A DNA stretch of 64,000 nt, from positions 10,271 to 74,270 of IMG/VR virus record IMGVR_UViG_3300009502_000041. The stretch is one strand, 5' to 3'. The notes under the pieces were generated by a model, which saw only the letters and a program-made list of their open reading frames with translations, made no database searches and had not been told where the DNA came from. Of the stretch, positions 29,189 to 39,254 are shown piece after piece; position 1 is the stretch's first letter; every line of letters begins with the position of its first letter. The DNA is from a virus. The position numbers and the translations under genes are program-made.

Positions 29189-30379
29189 ATGAAGAAACAA
29201 AACATTAAAATTAAAACGATAATAAAAAAAAGAATTGAAAATAATAATATTTTTTTTATTGGGAATAAAAAAATGAATGAAAGAGATTTGAGAAGAATAA
29301 ATGGTGGGAGTAATAATCTTAAATCATTATCTTGTAATGAAAAGCAAAATAATGATTTAAGACAAATAAATTCACCAATAGAACCAGAAAAATTAATATT
29401 AAAAACTGTATCAAAATATAGTTTATTGACCAATAAAACCGCATTTAAATCAGGTTTAACTCTTAAGACCGCACCCAAATCGGTTATTCCTGATAAAGAA
29501 ATGAGTAATTTCATTACATCAGAAGCAACATCCCGTGATGGTAGAAGAAATACAACAAATAACTTATCTATCGACCATTCTACTTCGTTGAGTCGTGACG
29601 AAAGAAGAACAGGATATAATGTTCAAACGTTATTAAATAACAGTATATATCAAATTAAAGCATTTGTTGATTATGATGTTGTGATATGTATCCCTTCTTA
29701 TAATAGATACGAAAAGGTTAAAAGATTGATATCTCAATTTTATTCACAAACAACAAAATATAGATTTAAAATAATATTGTTAAATGATGGATCAACAGAT
29801 AATTCATATAATGATTTAATAAAAGAATTTCCACAAATCACATATTTAAGCAATAAAACCCCAAACGGTAAAACAATGCATTGGTATTGTTATAATCAAA
29901 TGTGGAGTTATTTAAAGAACATTGAATATTATACCGTATTGCAAATGGACGATGATTTCATATTATCAAAAAATTTTTTAAATAATATTCTTGATTTATA
30001 TTTTAAATTAAAACAAGAAAATAATACAATATTAGCAATTTCCCCTCATTTATGGTCGTTTAATAAAAAAAGTAATCATGAAATGTGGTGGGATAAAAAA
30101 GATTTTGTTGATGGAATTGCGTTAATTGATGAATCTGTAATTTCCTCAATGAAATATGAAATGAAAAAAGTTGATGTTGTAATGGTAAGTAAACCGGGCA
30201 TACCCGTTCGTACATGGATACAAATATCCGAAGCAATTGTGAAAATGGGCGGAATTATATATAGAACACAGAATTCATTAGTATATCATGATGGTAATGA
30301 TGATTCAAAGTTACATGGCGATGTTAGAAAAAAGGGCAAAAATGGGGTTTATACACAAAAATATATCGAAAAACTATGA
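29189..30379 (+). CDS. Glycosyltransferase family 2 with a long basic N-terminal extension
   Basis: VVICIPSYNR, LNDGSTD, QMDDDF after ~160 aa of low-complexity sequence; start uncertain. Confidence 0.85.
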   Translation: MKKQNIKIKTIIKKRIENNNIFFIGNKKMNERDLRRINGGSNNLKSLSCNEKQNNDLRQINSPIEPEKLILKTVSKYSLLTNKTAFKSGLTLKTAPKSVIPDKEMSNFITSEATSRDGRRNTTNNLSIDHSTSLSRDERRTGYNVQTLLNNSIYQIKAFVDYDVVICIPSYNRYEKVKRLISQFYSQTTKYRFKIILLNDGSTDNSYNDLIKEFPQITYLSNKTPNGKTMHWYCYNQMWSYLKNIEYYTVLQMDDDFILSKNFLNNILDLYFKLKQENNTILAISPHLWSFNKKSNHEMWWDKKDFVDGIALIDESVISSMKYEMKKVDVVMVSKPGIPVRTWIQISEAIVKMGGIIYRTQNSLVYHDGNDDSKLHGDVRKKGKNGVYTQKYIEKL

Positions 30380-31110
30380 TAAGCGTAATTTTAAATGTTT
30401 ACAAAAGACCTCACATGTTAGAGAAGCAAATTGAGGCAATAAAAAACCAATCGGTTAATGTTAAAAGTGAAAATATACATGTTTGGTATAATAAAACAGA
30501 TGTTGCACAATATTTTCCTTTTGATAAGAAAATTAATACATATGCATGTAATTGGAATACGAAATTTTGGGGTAGGTTTACAGTACCTTTATTAGTTAGA
30601 ACACCTTATGTTGCAATGTTTGATGATGATATTATTCCCCAAAAAGATTGGTTAAAGAATTGTATAAATACAATTCAAAAACCCGAAACAAATGGTATTT
30701 TAGGCGGTAGTGGAGTTTTATTAAAAGCCAAATCGTATACACCTTTTGATAAATTTGGATGGAATGGTAATCATTTAGATAAAACTGAACGTGTTGATTT
30801 AGTTGGACATGCTTGGTTTTTTAAACAAGAATGGATAAAATATCTTTGGTATGAAAAACCATCCACATGGGAAAATGGTGAGGATATAATGTTTTCATTT
30901 CTTGCACAAAAATATGGAAATATAAACACTTTTGTTCCACCACATCCTGAAAATAATAAAGCATTATGGAGTTGTGATTTTAAAATTGGTAATGAGGTGG
31001 GCAATGATAAGAATGCTTCTTGGTTAAAAGGTGCACATTACGGTCAGAGAGACGAAATTGTTAAATATTGCATTAATAATGGATGGAAAACCGTTAATAA
31101 TATCAAATGA
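30376..31110 (+). CDS. Glycosyltransferase family 2
   Basis: ISVILNVYKR, YVAMFDDDIIP, VDLVGHAWF, GEDI. Confidence 0.88.
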   Translation: MISVILNVYKRPHMLEKQIEAIKNQSVNVKSENIHVWYNKTDVAQYFPFDKKINTYACNWNTKFWGRFTVPLLVRTPYVAMFDDDIIPQKDWLKNCINTIQKPETNGILGGSGVLLKAKSYTPFDKFGWNGNHLDKTERVDLVGHAWFFKQEWIKYLWYEKPSTWENGEDIMFSFLAQKYGNINTFVPPHPENNKALWSCDFKIGNEVGNDKNASWLKGAHYGQRDEIVKYCINNGWKTVNNIK

Positions 31111-31811
31111 AAAATCATTCATTTGATATTATTAAATTAATTGAAACCAAAGAAGGGTGTTATTTTTTTAGGATTTTTATGGGCAGATGGTCATATTAAC
31201 AAGAAGTCATCGAGAGTTAGTTTAGATTTGGTTAGAGACGATGCCGATTATTTATATAAACAATGTTTAGTCATATCAAATGATTTTAATATGAAAATGA
31301 AACCCGAATATATTAGAAATGATTCATTGACAGTTAGGCGTAAACCTCAAAATATTATATATTTAACAAATAATAAATTATCATTATTTTTAAAAAATCA
31401 TGATTATATGAATAAAAGTAATGTTAGTGCAGATTCAATATTAGAAATTGTTAAATATAAAAATTTCTGGTTTAGGGGATATTTCGATGGTGATGGATCA
31501 TTATTAATTAGAGAAAGAAATAAAATATTTAATAGTAGTTTACAATTTTCATCAAGTATTGAACAGGATTGGAAATTTTTGTTAAATCTTTAAATTTAAA
31601 AAGCTTTAAAATAATTAGAAGAATTGAAAAATCTGGAAATTCTTCGATGTTTAAATCAGAATCGATTTATGAATCAAAAATATTTTTAGATTATGTTTAT
31701 TCTGATTATTTAAATATTGGCTTACATAGGAAATATTTAATATATTTACAATTAAAAGAAATAACTTTGAAAAGAAAAAGTAAATATGAAAACATTTGCA
31801 GGGGATTTTGA
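31107..31811 (+). pseudogene. LAGLIDADG homing endonuclease with two frameshifts
   Basis: ATGA-coupled start at 31107; FLGFLWADG and FRGYFDGDG motifs; frame breaks in T runs at ~31163-31169 and ~31576-31580; C-terminal LHRKY. Confidence 0.8.
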
Positions 31812-32511
31812 TAAATTTTTAAATAAAATTAAAAATAATAAATCATTTTCGTTATCTCGTTGGGGTGATGGTGAGTTGTCCATTTTAGAAGGTCTTTATA
31901 TTGACATTCGCTCAAAAGGCAATGGTGAATTCAGATACGATCCTAAATTGGATCAATATACTAGTGTTAGAAATAAATTAAATTTGTCTTTCATTGGTAA
32001 GTCTAATGAATATTATATAGGAATTGCATGCCCTTGTTGTGTTGGTGATGACAAATACCAATATATGAAGAAAAAATCAAAACAAGATGAGGAACACTTA
32101 ACTTGGGCAAATATTTTTGTTAATGCTAATTATAGTAAGACAATTAATGACTTAATTCCTGAATTTAAAAATCATACGATTAATCTTGTTGTTAATAAAA
32201 ATTCTAAATTAGATAAATTACCGTTTAAACCTAAAAAAGTTTGGTATGTTGGAACCGATGCTTGGGAGAGTGATTATAAATTAGTCGGTGAGATGATAAA
32301 ACACATAAAAGATAATTCAATAATGAATGAGATATTTTTATTTGCTGCCGGACCGTTGGCAAACATTCTTACGTATGAATTATGGTTTTATGCAAGTAAG
32401 AGTAATACCTATATAGATATTGGTTCGATTTTAGACCCATATTTACAATTAAAATTAACAAGAGGATATCACTTAGGTGCAACTACTTTAAATAAAATTT
32501 GTAGGTGGTAA
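31786..32511 (+). CDS. GT-D fold (DUF1792-like) glycosyltransferase
   Basis: SLSRWGDGE, AAGPLANIL, YIDIGSILD. Confidence 0.7.
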   Translation: MKTFAGDFDKFLNKIKNNKSFSLSRWGDGELSILEGLYIDIRSKGNGEFRYDPKLDQYTSVRNKLNLSFIGKSNEYYIGIACPCCVGDDKYQYMKKKSKQDEEHLTWANIFVNANYSKTINDLIPEFKNHTINLVVNKNSKLDKLPFKPKKVWYVGTDAWESDYKLVGEMIKHIKDNSIMNEIFLFAAGPLANILTYELWFYASKSNTYIDIGSILDPYLQLKLTRGYHLGATTLNKICRW

Positions 32512-32530
32512 TATATTAAATGTTTATAAT

Positions 32531-33181
32531 ATGAATAATATTGTTTTTGCACATAACGTATATAATAGATTAAAAACTTTAAAAGACACTATTTTAGTTG
32601 AGAAAAAATATTTTCCCAATTCAAATATTAGTGTGGCTTGTAATGATGTTTTTATTAATATTTTTTATGATATTACTAATTTTTCTGTTATTCGTTTTAA
32701 TGAACGTGAACATAAAATTGGTTGTGTTAATGGTTGCATATCATCGATAAAACAGTTATTAAACCAAGTGTTTGATGTGCTAATTTTTTCACATGATGAT
32801 GTTAGAATTAATGAACGTTATATTAATATTGTTGAAGAACACATTAACAGTATTATTGAAAACAAATATGATTGTATTTGTCGTAAACCATTAAATGGAT
32901 ATGGGGATGATTATTATCTCATGGAAGTGTTTTATATATCAAAAGAGGCTGCTGTTAAAATATTTTCAAATTTAAATACAATAAATAATGAATCAGAAAT
33001 CCCAACCGATATTAGAGGTTCGATTTCTCCAGAGGTTTTTTTATTTCAAAATATAAATAAATTTAATCTCAAAATTAATGAAATTAAATATGTTCATAAT
33101 GATAATGATTATAATGAAATACTAGGAAAAACAATGGGTTATGAACATTTGAATGCTGGAAATAGAGGTTGGATTGATTAA
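32531..33181 (+). CDS. Hypothetical protein, possible GT-A glycosyltransferase
   Basis: HNVYNR...DVLIFSHDDV DxD-like motif within the glycan cluster. Confidence 0.55.
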   Translation: MNNIVFAHNVYNRLKTLKDTILVEKKYFPNSNISVACNDVFINIFYDITNFSVIRFNEREHKIGCVNGCISSIKQLLNQVFDVLIFSHDDVRINERYINIVEEHINSIIENKYDCICRKPLNGYGDDYYLMEVFYISKEAAVKIFSNLNTINNESEIPTDIRGSISPEVFLFQNINKFNLKINEIKYVHNDNDYNEILGKTMGYEHLNAGNRGWID

Positions 33182-33203
33182 ACAATTAAATATATATATA
33201 GTT

Positions 33204-33827
33204 ATGAATAAAAGAGAAGATTTTGTGTTATCGTATTACGATGGTTTTAATAAATTAACTGGGGTTAGTTTAGAAGATTTTGAGAATTATTATAATGAAG
33301 CCATTTATGGTGGATACCCCGAAGAACCGGGTGGTAGTATCTGGGAAAGTGAGGGTAAATCTATATATGTATTAATACGTATATTAAAACCTAAAAAAAT
33401 ATTGGAAATTGGTAATTTTTTGGGAAGAAGCTCAAATCATATACTACAGGCAGTTGAAAAAAATGGCATGGGCGAAGTTACATTGCTTGATATTGAGGAA
33501 CGTTTACAATACGATAAACTTCACAATAAAAATTTTAATAGAGTTCTGGATGACTCATTAAATCATTTATCATCCCCAATGCAATATGATTTATTTGTAC
33601 AAGATGGAAACCATGCTCGTGAACATGTAACTAAAGAAATTAAGTTGATTTTAGATAATAATTTACCTAGTAATTATTATATTTGGGCACATGATTATTA
33701 TATGAGAACACATCCTGATTGTGGAGTGTGGTTAGCTTGGGATGAAATGAAATCAAAATTTAATGACTTTCAAACATTTCAAGATTCTAAAAGTAATTGT
33801 GGTTGCTCAATAGCAAAAAAAATGTAA
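33204..33827 (+). CDS. Class I SAM-dependent methyltransferase (Methyltransf_24-like, sugar O-methyltransferase candidate)
   Basis: KPKKILEIGNFLGRSS, DLFVQDGNH, HDY; ATG at 33204. Confidence 0.82.
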   Translation: MNKREDFVLSYYDGFNKLTGVSLEDFENYYNEAIYGGYPEEPGGSIWESEGKSIYVLIRILKPKKILEIGNFLGRSSNHILQAVEKNGMGEVTLLDIEERLQYDKLHNKNFNRVLDDSLNHLSSPMQYDLFVQDGNHAREHVTKEIKLILDNNLPSNYYIWAHDYYMRTHPDCGVWLAWDEMKSKFNDFQTFQDSKSNCGCSIAKKM

Positions 33828-33828
33828 A

Positions 33829-34098
33829 ATGTATAATCCTAAAGAATATTGGGAAAATGAATTGGGTGGAGTTGAAAATTGGAAACACGATGCAGATACT
33901 TCACCCAATATTGTTAGGTCAATTGATAGACTTAGAAATGTAGTAATACCAACTATTGTTAATTTAAAACAAGTCAACGGTGGTAATATTTTAGATGCTG
34001 GATGTGGATGCGGATACTGTGCAAATGAATTTAATTTATCAAATTCATTTAATAATGTATATGGCATTGATTTTCAAATAATATACGCCAAAAAATGA
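33829..34098 (+). pseudogene. Truncated class I SAM methyltransferase
   Basis: YNPKEYWE...ILDAGCGCG...VYGID, then a stop after only 89 aa. Confidence 0.65.
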
Positions 34099-35036
34099 CA
34101 AAAATTGCTTTTCATAGTAATCAATTATGTTTGAGAGGTACTGAAGTGGCTTTATATGACTATGCTAAGTATAATGAAGAACTACTTGGAAATAAAAGTA
34201 TTATTATTTCTAAACATCCAGATGTGTGGAAATATTCACATCCATTGGCGATTGAAAAATTTAAGAAAAGATTTCCTGTTTATTTTTATAATGATTTTAA
34301 TGAGGTTGAAAAAATATTGGATAATAATAATGTGGATATTTTTTATGCAATTAAAGCTGGAATAAATGATGGAATTGTTTCGACTAGTAGAAAATCTGTC
34401 AATCATGTCGTATTTCAAAATTATGAGCCACATGGTAATGTATATGCATATGTCTCAGAATGGCTTGGGAGAAGGTATAATTCACCCTTTGTACCACATA
34501 TGATAACGTTACCCGAAGTGAATGATGACTTAAGAAATGACCTGAATATACCCAAAAACGCAATTGTTTATGGTCGTCATGGTGGTGCAGAAACATTTAA
34601 TTTGCCTTTTGTTTATGATGTAATAAAACAAATATTATTAAAAAGAAGTGATATTTATTTTCTTTTTTTATATACAAATAAATTTATTGATCATAAAAAC
34701 GTAATTTATTTGGAAGGCAATAGTGATATGGAATATAAGACAAAATTTATTAATACTTGCGATGCAATGTTACATGCTAGACATCAAGGCGAAAGTTTTG
34801 GATTGTCTGTAGGGGAATTCTCAATTAGAAATAAGCCCGTTATAACATGGACACATGGTAGAGATGGTGCACACATCGAAATGCTGGGTAATAGGGGAAT
34901 TTATTATAATAATGATGTTGAATTATTCAATATTTTAAATAACTTTGTACCTGACCCTACAAAGGATTGGAATGCATTTAAAAATTATAATTCGGAAAGT
35001 GTTATGAAAATATTTAATAATGTTTTTTTAAAATGA
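34095..35036 (+). CDS. Glycosyltransferase GT4-like (GT-B)
   Basis: RGTEVALYDYA; CDAMLHARHQGESFGLSVGEF..KPVIT. Confidence 0.88.
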   Translation: MTKIAFHSNQLCLRGTEVALYDYAKYNEELLGNKSIIISKHPDVWKYSHPLAIEKFKKRFPVYFYNDFNEVEKILDNNNVDIFYAIKAGINDGIVSTSRKSVNHVVFQNYEPHGNVYAYVSEWLGRRYNSPFVPHMITLPEVNDDLRNDLNIPKNAIVYGRHGGAETFNLPFVYDVIKQILLKRSDIYFLFLYTNKFIDHKNVIYLEGNSDMEYKTKFINTCDAMLHARHQGESFGLSVGEFSIRNKPVITWTHGRDGAHIEMLGNRGIYYNNDVELFNILNNFVPDPTKDWNAFKNYNSESVMKIFNNVFLK

Positions 35037-35785
35037 AAATAGCGACCCATTTATTGTTTTTTAACCAAGACAATTTCATATTAAAAAATATTGAAATGAT
35101 TGCGCCGTTTGTAGATAAAATATATGTCACTTGGAGCGAATTTCCTTGGTTATACAATTTACAGGCAAGAGATTTGTTTAAAAACAAATCAAACCCCGAA
35201 CTTCTAAAACAATCGCCATATTACGATAAAATTGAATTAATTATAGGTGAATGGAATCTTGATGAAGACCAAAGAAACGCATGTCTTGATGCCGCAAAGC
35301 GTGATGAAATGGATTATCTGTTAATAATAGATGCTGATGAGTTTTATACTCACGAAGATTTAAAAAAACTAATAACCGATATAGCAAACAATCCTGATTA
35401 TGAATATTATACTACACCTTGGTTTACATATTGGAAAGATTATAATCATGTTATAGTTAACAAAAACGGTAATTATATTAATGGCTTTCCAGAAGTTTGT
35501 GTTAATTTAAAGTATAATAACAGATTTATTAGATGCAGAAGACCATCAGGCACAAGAATTAAAAAATTGACCTCATTATGTGGGCATGCATCATATGTAT
35601 TAAACAATGAGGAGTGTTGGAGTAAAATTAATACTTGGGGTCACGCCCATCAATTTAATAGAAATCAGTGGTATATGGATAAATGGATTAATTGGAATGA
35701 AAACACAATAAATTTACATCCAATTGACCCAAGCGCATGGTATAGAACAATTAAAACACCTGAAGAATTAAAATTAAATATATGA
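35033..35785 (+). CDS. Glycosyltransferase, GT2-like
   Basis: QRNACL..DYLLIIDADEFY. Confidence 0.8.
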   Translation: MKIATHLLFFNQDNFILKNIEMIAPFVDKIYVTWSEFPWLYNLQARDLFKNKSNPELLKQSPYYDKIELIIGEWNLDEDQRNACLDAAKRDEMDYLLIIDADEFYTHEDLKKLITDIANNPDYEYYTTPWFTYWKDYNHVIVNKNGNYINGFPEVCVNLKYNNRFIRCRRPSGTRIKKLTSLCGHASYVLNNEECWSKINTWGHAHQFNRNQWYMDKWINWNENTINLHPIDPSAWYRTIKTPEELKLNI

Positions 35786-36795
35786 TACTTATTGCCTACG
35801 GGACCCGTCCAGAAATACTTAAAATACAGTCGGTTATAAATGTTTTTGATGAGAATAATGTTCAATGCGTAACATTATTTACTGGTCAACACGCTAATTT
35901 AATTGGTAGACATAATCCAAACTATATAATTGATATTGTTGATATACCTTATGTTAGTAGACTCGATTGTATTGTTAAATCAATAATGGGTTTATTTACA
36001 ACAATAGGTCTCCACCCAGTTAAAACAGATTATGTTTTGGTTCAGGGCGATACTACCACAGCACTTGCTGTTGCTTTAACGGCATTTCATAATGGTATAA
36101 AGGTTATTCATTTAGAAGCTGGATTGCGAACATACGATAATAATAATCCATATCCAGAAGAGGTAAATAGAAAAATGATATCACAAATTGCTGATATTCA
36201 TTTATGTCCAACAGAACACGCAAGATTAAATCTTGTTAGTGAAAACATAACAAAAAATGTATTTGTTGTTGGCAATACGGTAATTGATAATTTATTACCG
36301 TATAAAAGTATGTGTGAATATACAAACAAAATATTGGTTACAATGCATAGACGTGAGAATCATCACTGGTTGGATAAATGGTTTATTGAAATCAACGAAT
36401 TGGCTAAGGATCATCCCGAATATGAATTTATATTACCGATACATCCGAACCCAAATGTGATGAGGTATAAGCATTTATTAACGAACGTAAATGTTATTGA
36501 CCCATTATCATACGATGCAATGCTGAGTTTATTGGTTAAAACAAGACTTGTTATTACTGACAGTGGTGGATTGCAAGAAGAAAGTAGTTTCTTTAATAAA
36601 AAATGTTTAACTTGCAGAATTGTTACAGAAAGACCCGAAGCAATAGGACAGAGCACATTTATGGTTGAAAGTCCATCAGTATTGAAAAAAATATTTGACG
36701 AACATATTGATAATTATGAAATTAATTATGTTTCACCGTTTGGTGACGGACACTCTGCAGAAAAAATACTAAAAATATTAAAGAATATTATATGA
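35782..36795 (+). CDS. wecB: UDP-N-acetylglucosamine 2-epimerase (non-hydrolysing)
   Basis: GTRPE, TGQH, VQGDT, HLEAGLRT, PEEVNR, GNTVID, HRREN, TDSGGLQEE, TERPE, PFGDG. Confidence 0.96.
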   Translation: MILIAYGTRPEILKIQSVINVFDENNVQCVTLFTGQHANLIGRHNPNYIIDIVDIPYVSRLDCIVKSIMGLFTTIGLHPVKTDYVLVQGDTTTALAVALTAFHNGIKVIHLEAGLRTYDNNNPYPEEVNRKMISQIADIHLCPTEHARLNLVSENITKNVFVVGNTVIDNLLPYKSMCEYTNKILVTMHRRENHHWLDKWFIEINELAKDHPEYEFILPIHPNPNVMRYKHLLTNVNVIDPLSYDAMLSLLVKTRLVITDSGGLQEESSFFNKKCLTCRIVTERPEAIGQSTFMVESPSVLKKIFDEHIDNYEINYVSPFGDGHSAEKILKILKNII

Positions 36796-37553
36796 GGAAA
36801 GTACTAGTAATTGGCGATAGCTGTCAGGACATATTTAATTATGGGGTTTGTAATAGATTGTGTCCTGAAGCACCTGTACCTGTTTTTAACCCAACTAAGA
36901 TGATAATAAACGGGGGAATGTCAATCAATGTATTTGAAAATCTTAAATCATTAAAAATTGATTGCGACATTGTAACCAATGATCACAGACCAATAAAAAC
37001 AAGATATGTTGATGAGGTTTCAAACCAAATGTTATTAAGGGTGGACGAAAAGGATGTCGTTAAAAGAATTGAGGAAAAAAGATTAAAATCAATTGACTTT
37101 AGTAAATATTATGCAATTGTAATTAGCGACTATAATAAGGGATTTTTAGATGAAGAAGATATATATAGTATCACCAATTCACATTCATTAACTTTTTTGG
37201 ATACAAAAAAAGAAATTAAAACGTGGGCAATGAACACCAATTTTATTAAAATTAATGAAAATGAATATAATCGAAATTTATTTTATTTTAAAAATCACCA
37301 TACTAAAGACTTAATAGTAACATTAGGCAAGAATGGTGCAATGTTAAATAGAGAAGAAATATTTCCAATTACTGGTAATCATGATATTAAAGATTTGTGT
37401 GGTGCTGGTGATACTTTTTTTGCAGGACTTGTTGCGGATTTCATAAATAATAACGATATTCGCAGTGCAATAGTATTTGCAAATAAATGTGCATCATGGG
37501 CTGTTACACAAAAAGGAGTTTCTGTTATGAATTTAATAAATGAAATAAAATGA
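36792..37553 (+). CDS. hldA: D-glycero-D-manno-heptose-7-phosphate kinase (HldE/RfaE kinase domain, PfkB family)
   Basis: VLVIGD..D...RLCPEAPVPV, KTR, LLRVD, SDYNKG, VTLGKNGA, GAGDTF. Confidence 0.85.
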   Translation: MRKVLVIGDSCQDIFNYGVCNRLCPEAPVPVFNPTKMIINGGMSINVFENLKSLKIDCDIVTNDHRPIKTRYVDEVSNQMLLRVDEKDVVKRIEEKRLKSIDFSKYYAIVISDYNKGFLDEEDIYSITNSHSLTFLDTKKEIKTWAMNTNFIKINENEYNRNLFYFKNHHTKDLIVTLGKNGAMLNREEIFPITGNHDIKDLCGAGDTFFAGLVADFINNNDIRSAIVFANKCASWAVTQKGVSVMNLINEIK

Positions 37554-37840
37554 ATATTTTTGTAGATATCGACAATACCGTTTGTTTAACCAGAGATAGT
37601 GATTACGAGAATTCCGAACCGATTTTCGAAAACATTGCTAAGATTAATAAATTATTTAACGAAGGAAATAATATTGTCTACTATTCGGCAAGGGGAAGGA
37701 GATCAGGGGTCGATTGGACAGAGTTTACAATAAAGCAGTTGCGGGAGTGGAATTGTAAATATAACGACTTGTTTATGAATCATAAACCCGATTATGATTT
37801 GTATATTTGTGACAAAACCAAGAGAATTGAAGAAATTTAA
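37550..37840 (+). CDS. Small HAD phosphatase (capsule-biosynthesis-phosphatase-like)
   Basis: VDIDNTVC, YSARG, KPDYDLYICDK. Confidence 0.75.
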   Translation: MNIFVDIDNTVCLTRDSDYENSEPIFENIAKINKLFNEGNNIVYYSARGRRSGVDWTEFTIKQLREWNCKYNDLFMNHKPDYDLYICDKTKRIEEI

Positions 37841-37850
37841 ATAATTATCA

Positions 37851-38387
37851 TTGAAAAAGATTTACAATTTTACAACAGATAAGAAAGAAATTTTAGAAGT
37901 ATTAGACGTGAGACGAAAATTCGTTAACTACTTTTTTATGTGTTTTCATCCTTGGAGCAAAAAGAAAGCAAAAATTGTTTTCACTAATGGTTGTTTTGAT
38001 TTAATTCATTCTCAACATGTAAATCTTTTAAATAAATCCAAAGAACTTGGATTTTATTTAGTTGTTGGGGTAAATTCAGACAAATCGGTTAAATTGCTTA
38101 AGGGAGAAGATAGACCTATTTTTAATGAAGACGATAGAGCATTTATTCTCTCAAGTTTAGAGGCGGTTGATTGCGTGATAATTTTTGATGATTATTCGGT
38201 GTTAGATTTGATTAAATTCATTAAGCCAGACATTATAACCAAGGGTGATGATTATCAAATAAACCAATTAAATAATGTTGGTGGTGAATTTGTTAAAGAA
38301 TATGGAGGTAAATTAGAAATTATTCCCACAAAAAAGGGAATGGCAACTAGTGATATTATTAATAAAATTATAAAAATTTACAAATGA
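37851..38387 (+). CDS. hldC: Heptose-1-phosphate adenylyltransferase (HldE/RfaE domain II)
   Basis: VFTNGCFDLIHSQH, VVGVNSDKSV..LKG..RP, KPDIITKGDDY, GMATSDII. Confidence 0.88.
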   Translation: MKKIYNFTTDKKEILEVLDVRRKFVNYFFMCFHPWSKKKAKIVFTNGCFDLIHSQHVNLLNKSKELGFYLVVGVNSDKSVKLLKGEDRPIFNEDDRAFILSSLEAVDCVIIFDDYSVLDLIKFIKPDIITKGDDYQINQLNNVGGEFVKEYGGKLEIIPTKKGMATSDIINKIIKIYK

Positions 38388-39019
38388 AAATTGGAAACAT
38401 TATTTATGAAAAAGAATTGGTTAATCATGTTAAAGTAGATTTTGTTAATTATTATAACGAAGCCATTGAATATGATAAACTCGATAAGACTTTACCTACA
38501 TTATGTGTTGGTTGGTCGTTTATGAAGAGTTGTAATGTTGATAATGAAATAATTCAAAACGCAGACATTCTAAAGAAGAAAATAATTGCAAATGAGTTAT
38601 ATTGGGAATGTAGTTTTGAGGAAAGCAAATCGTCTCACATTAAAGGAGTTGGAAGTTTTATAAACCTAATTCCTCAACTTTATTTTCCACCAAAATATCA
38701 ATACATAAATTTAGACCCAGTGTTTTTTCAATTAAAAGATATTGAGGATTTAATGGATGTGATTCCAAAGCACTTTGATGTTTTATATAGGTTTAAAGAC
38801 GAAATGCTTTATATATTATTTCAAAATAAAATATCTGGCATAAATTTAAAAACATATGAATTTTATAAATTTGATATTGAGAATTTATGTAATAGAATTT
38901 CCGAGAGAGCAAATACAATTCACATTGATTTGGATGGTAAAATTCATGAAGATTATTATAAAATTTTACCCAATTTTACCCAACTTAAAAGATATCTAAT
39001 CACATTGTTGACAAAATGA
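38384..39019 (+). CDS. Hypothetical protein
   Basis: ATGA-coupled ORF; LPTLCVGW motif, no family assigned. Confidence 0.75.
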   Translation: MKIGNIIYEKELVNHVKVDFVNYYNEAIEYDKLDKTLPTLCVGWSFMKSCNVDNEIIQNADILKKKIIANELYWECSFEESKSSHIKGVGSFINLIPQLYFPPKYQYINLDPVFFQLKDIEDLMDVIPKHFDVLYRFKDEMLYILFQNKISGINLKTYEFYKFDIENLCNRISERANTIHIDLDGKIHEDYYKILPNFTQLKRYLITLLTK

Positions 39020-39057
39020 ATGTTTCGTAGTATTTATATGAAATAAATATAATTATT

Positions 39058-39240
39058 ATGGAAAATAATGTAGAAAAAGCAGTTAACAATTTTATTGGTA
39101 CTTCTGAAGAAGAAGAATTGAAAAATTCTAATGGTAACACCAAGAAAGTTATCTTAAATCAACGTGAAGGTTTGATTGAGAGGGTTGACCGTTTATATAT
39201 TACCGAAGACGGAAGACAGTTACTAAGAGAACAATATTAA
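39058..39240 (+). CDS. Hypothetical small protein
   Basis: GTATTTAT at 39030; ends ITEDGRQLLREQY. Confidence 0.7.
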   Translation: MENNVEKAVNNFIGTSEEEELKNSNGNTKKVILNQREGLIERVDRLYITEDGRQLLREQY

Positions 39241-39254
39241 AAAACATTCATTCA

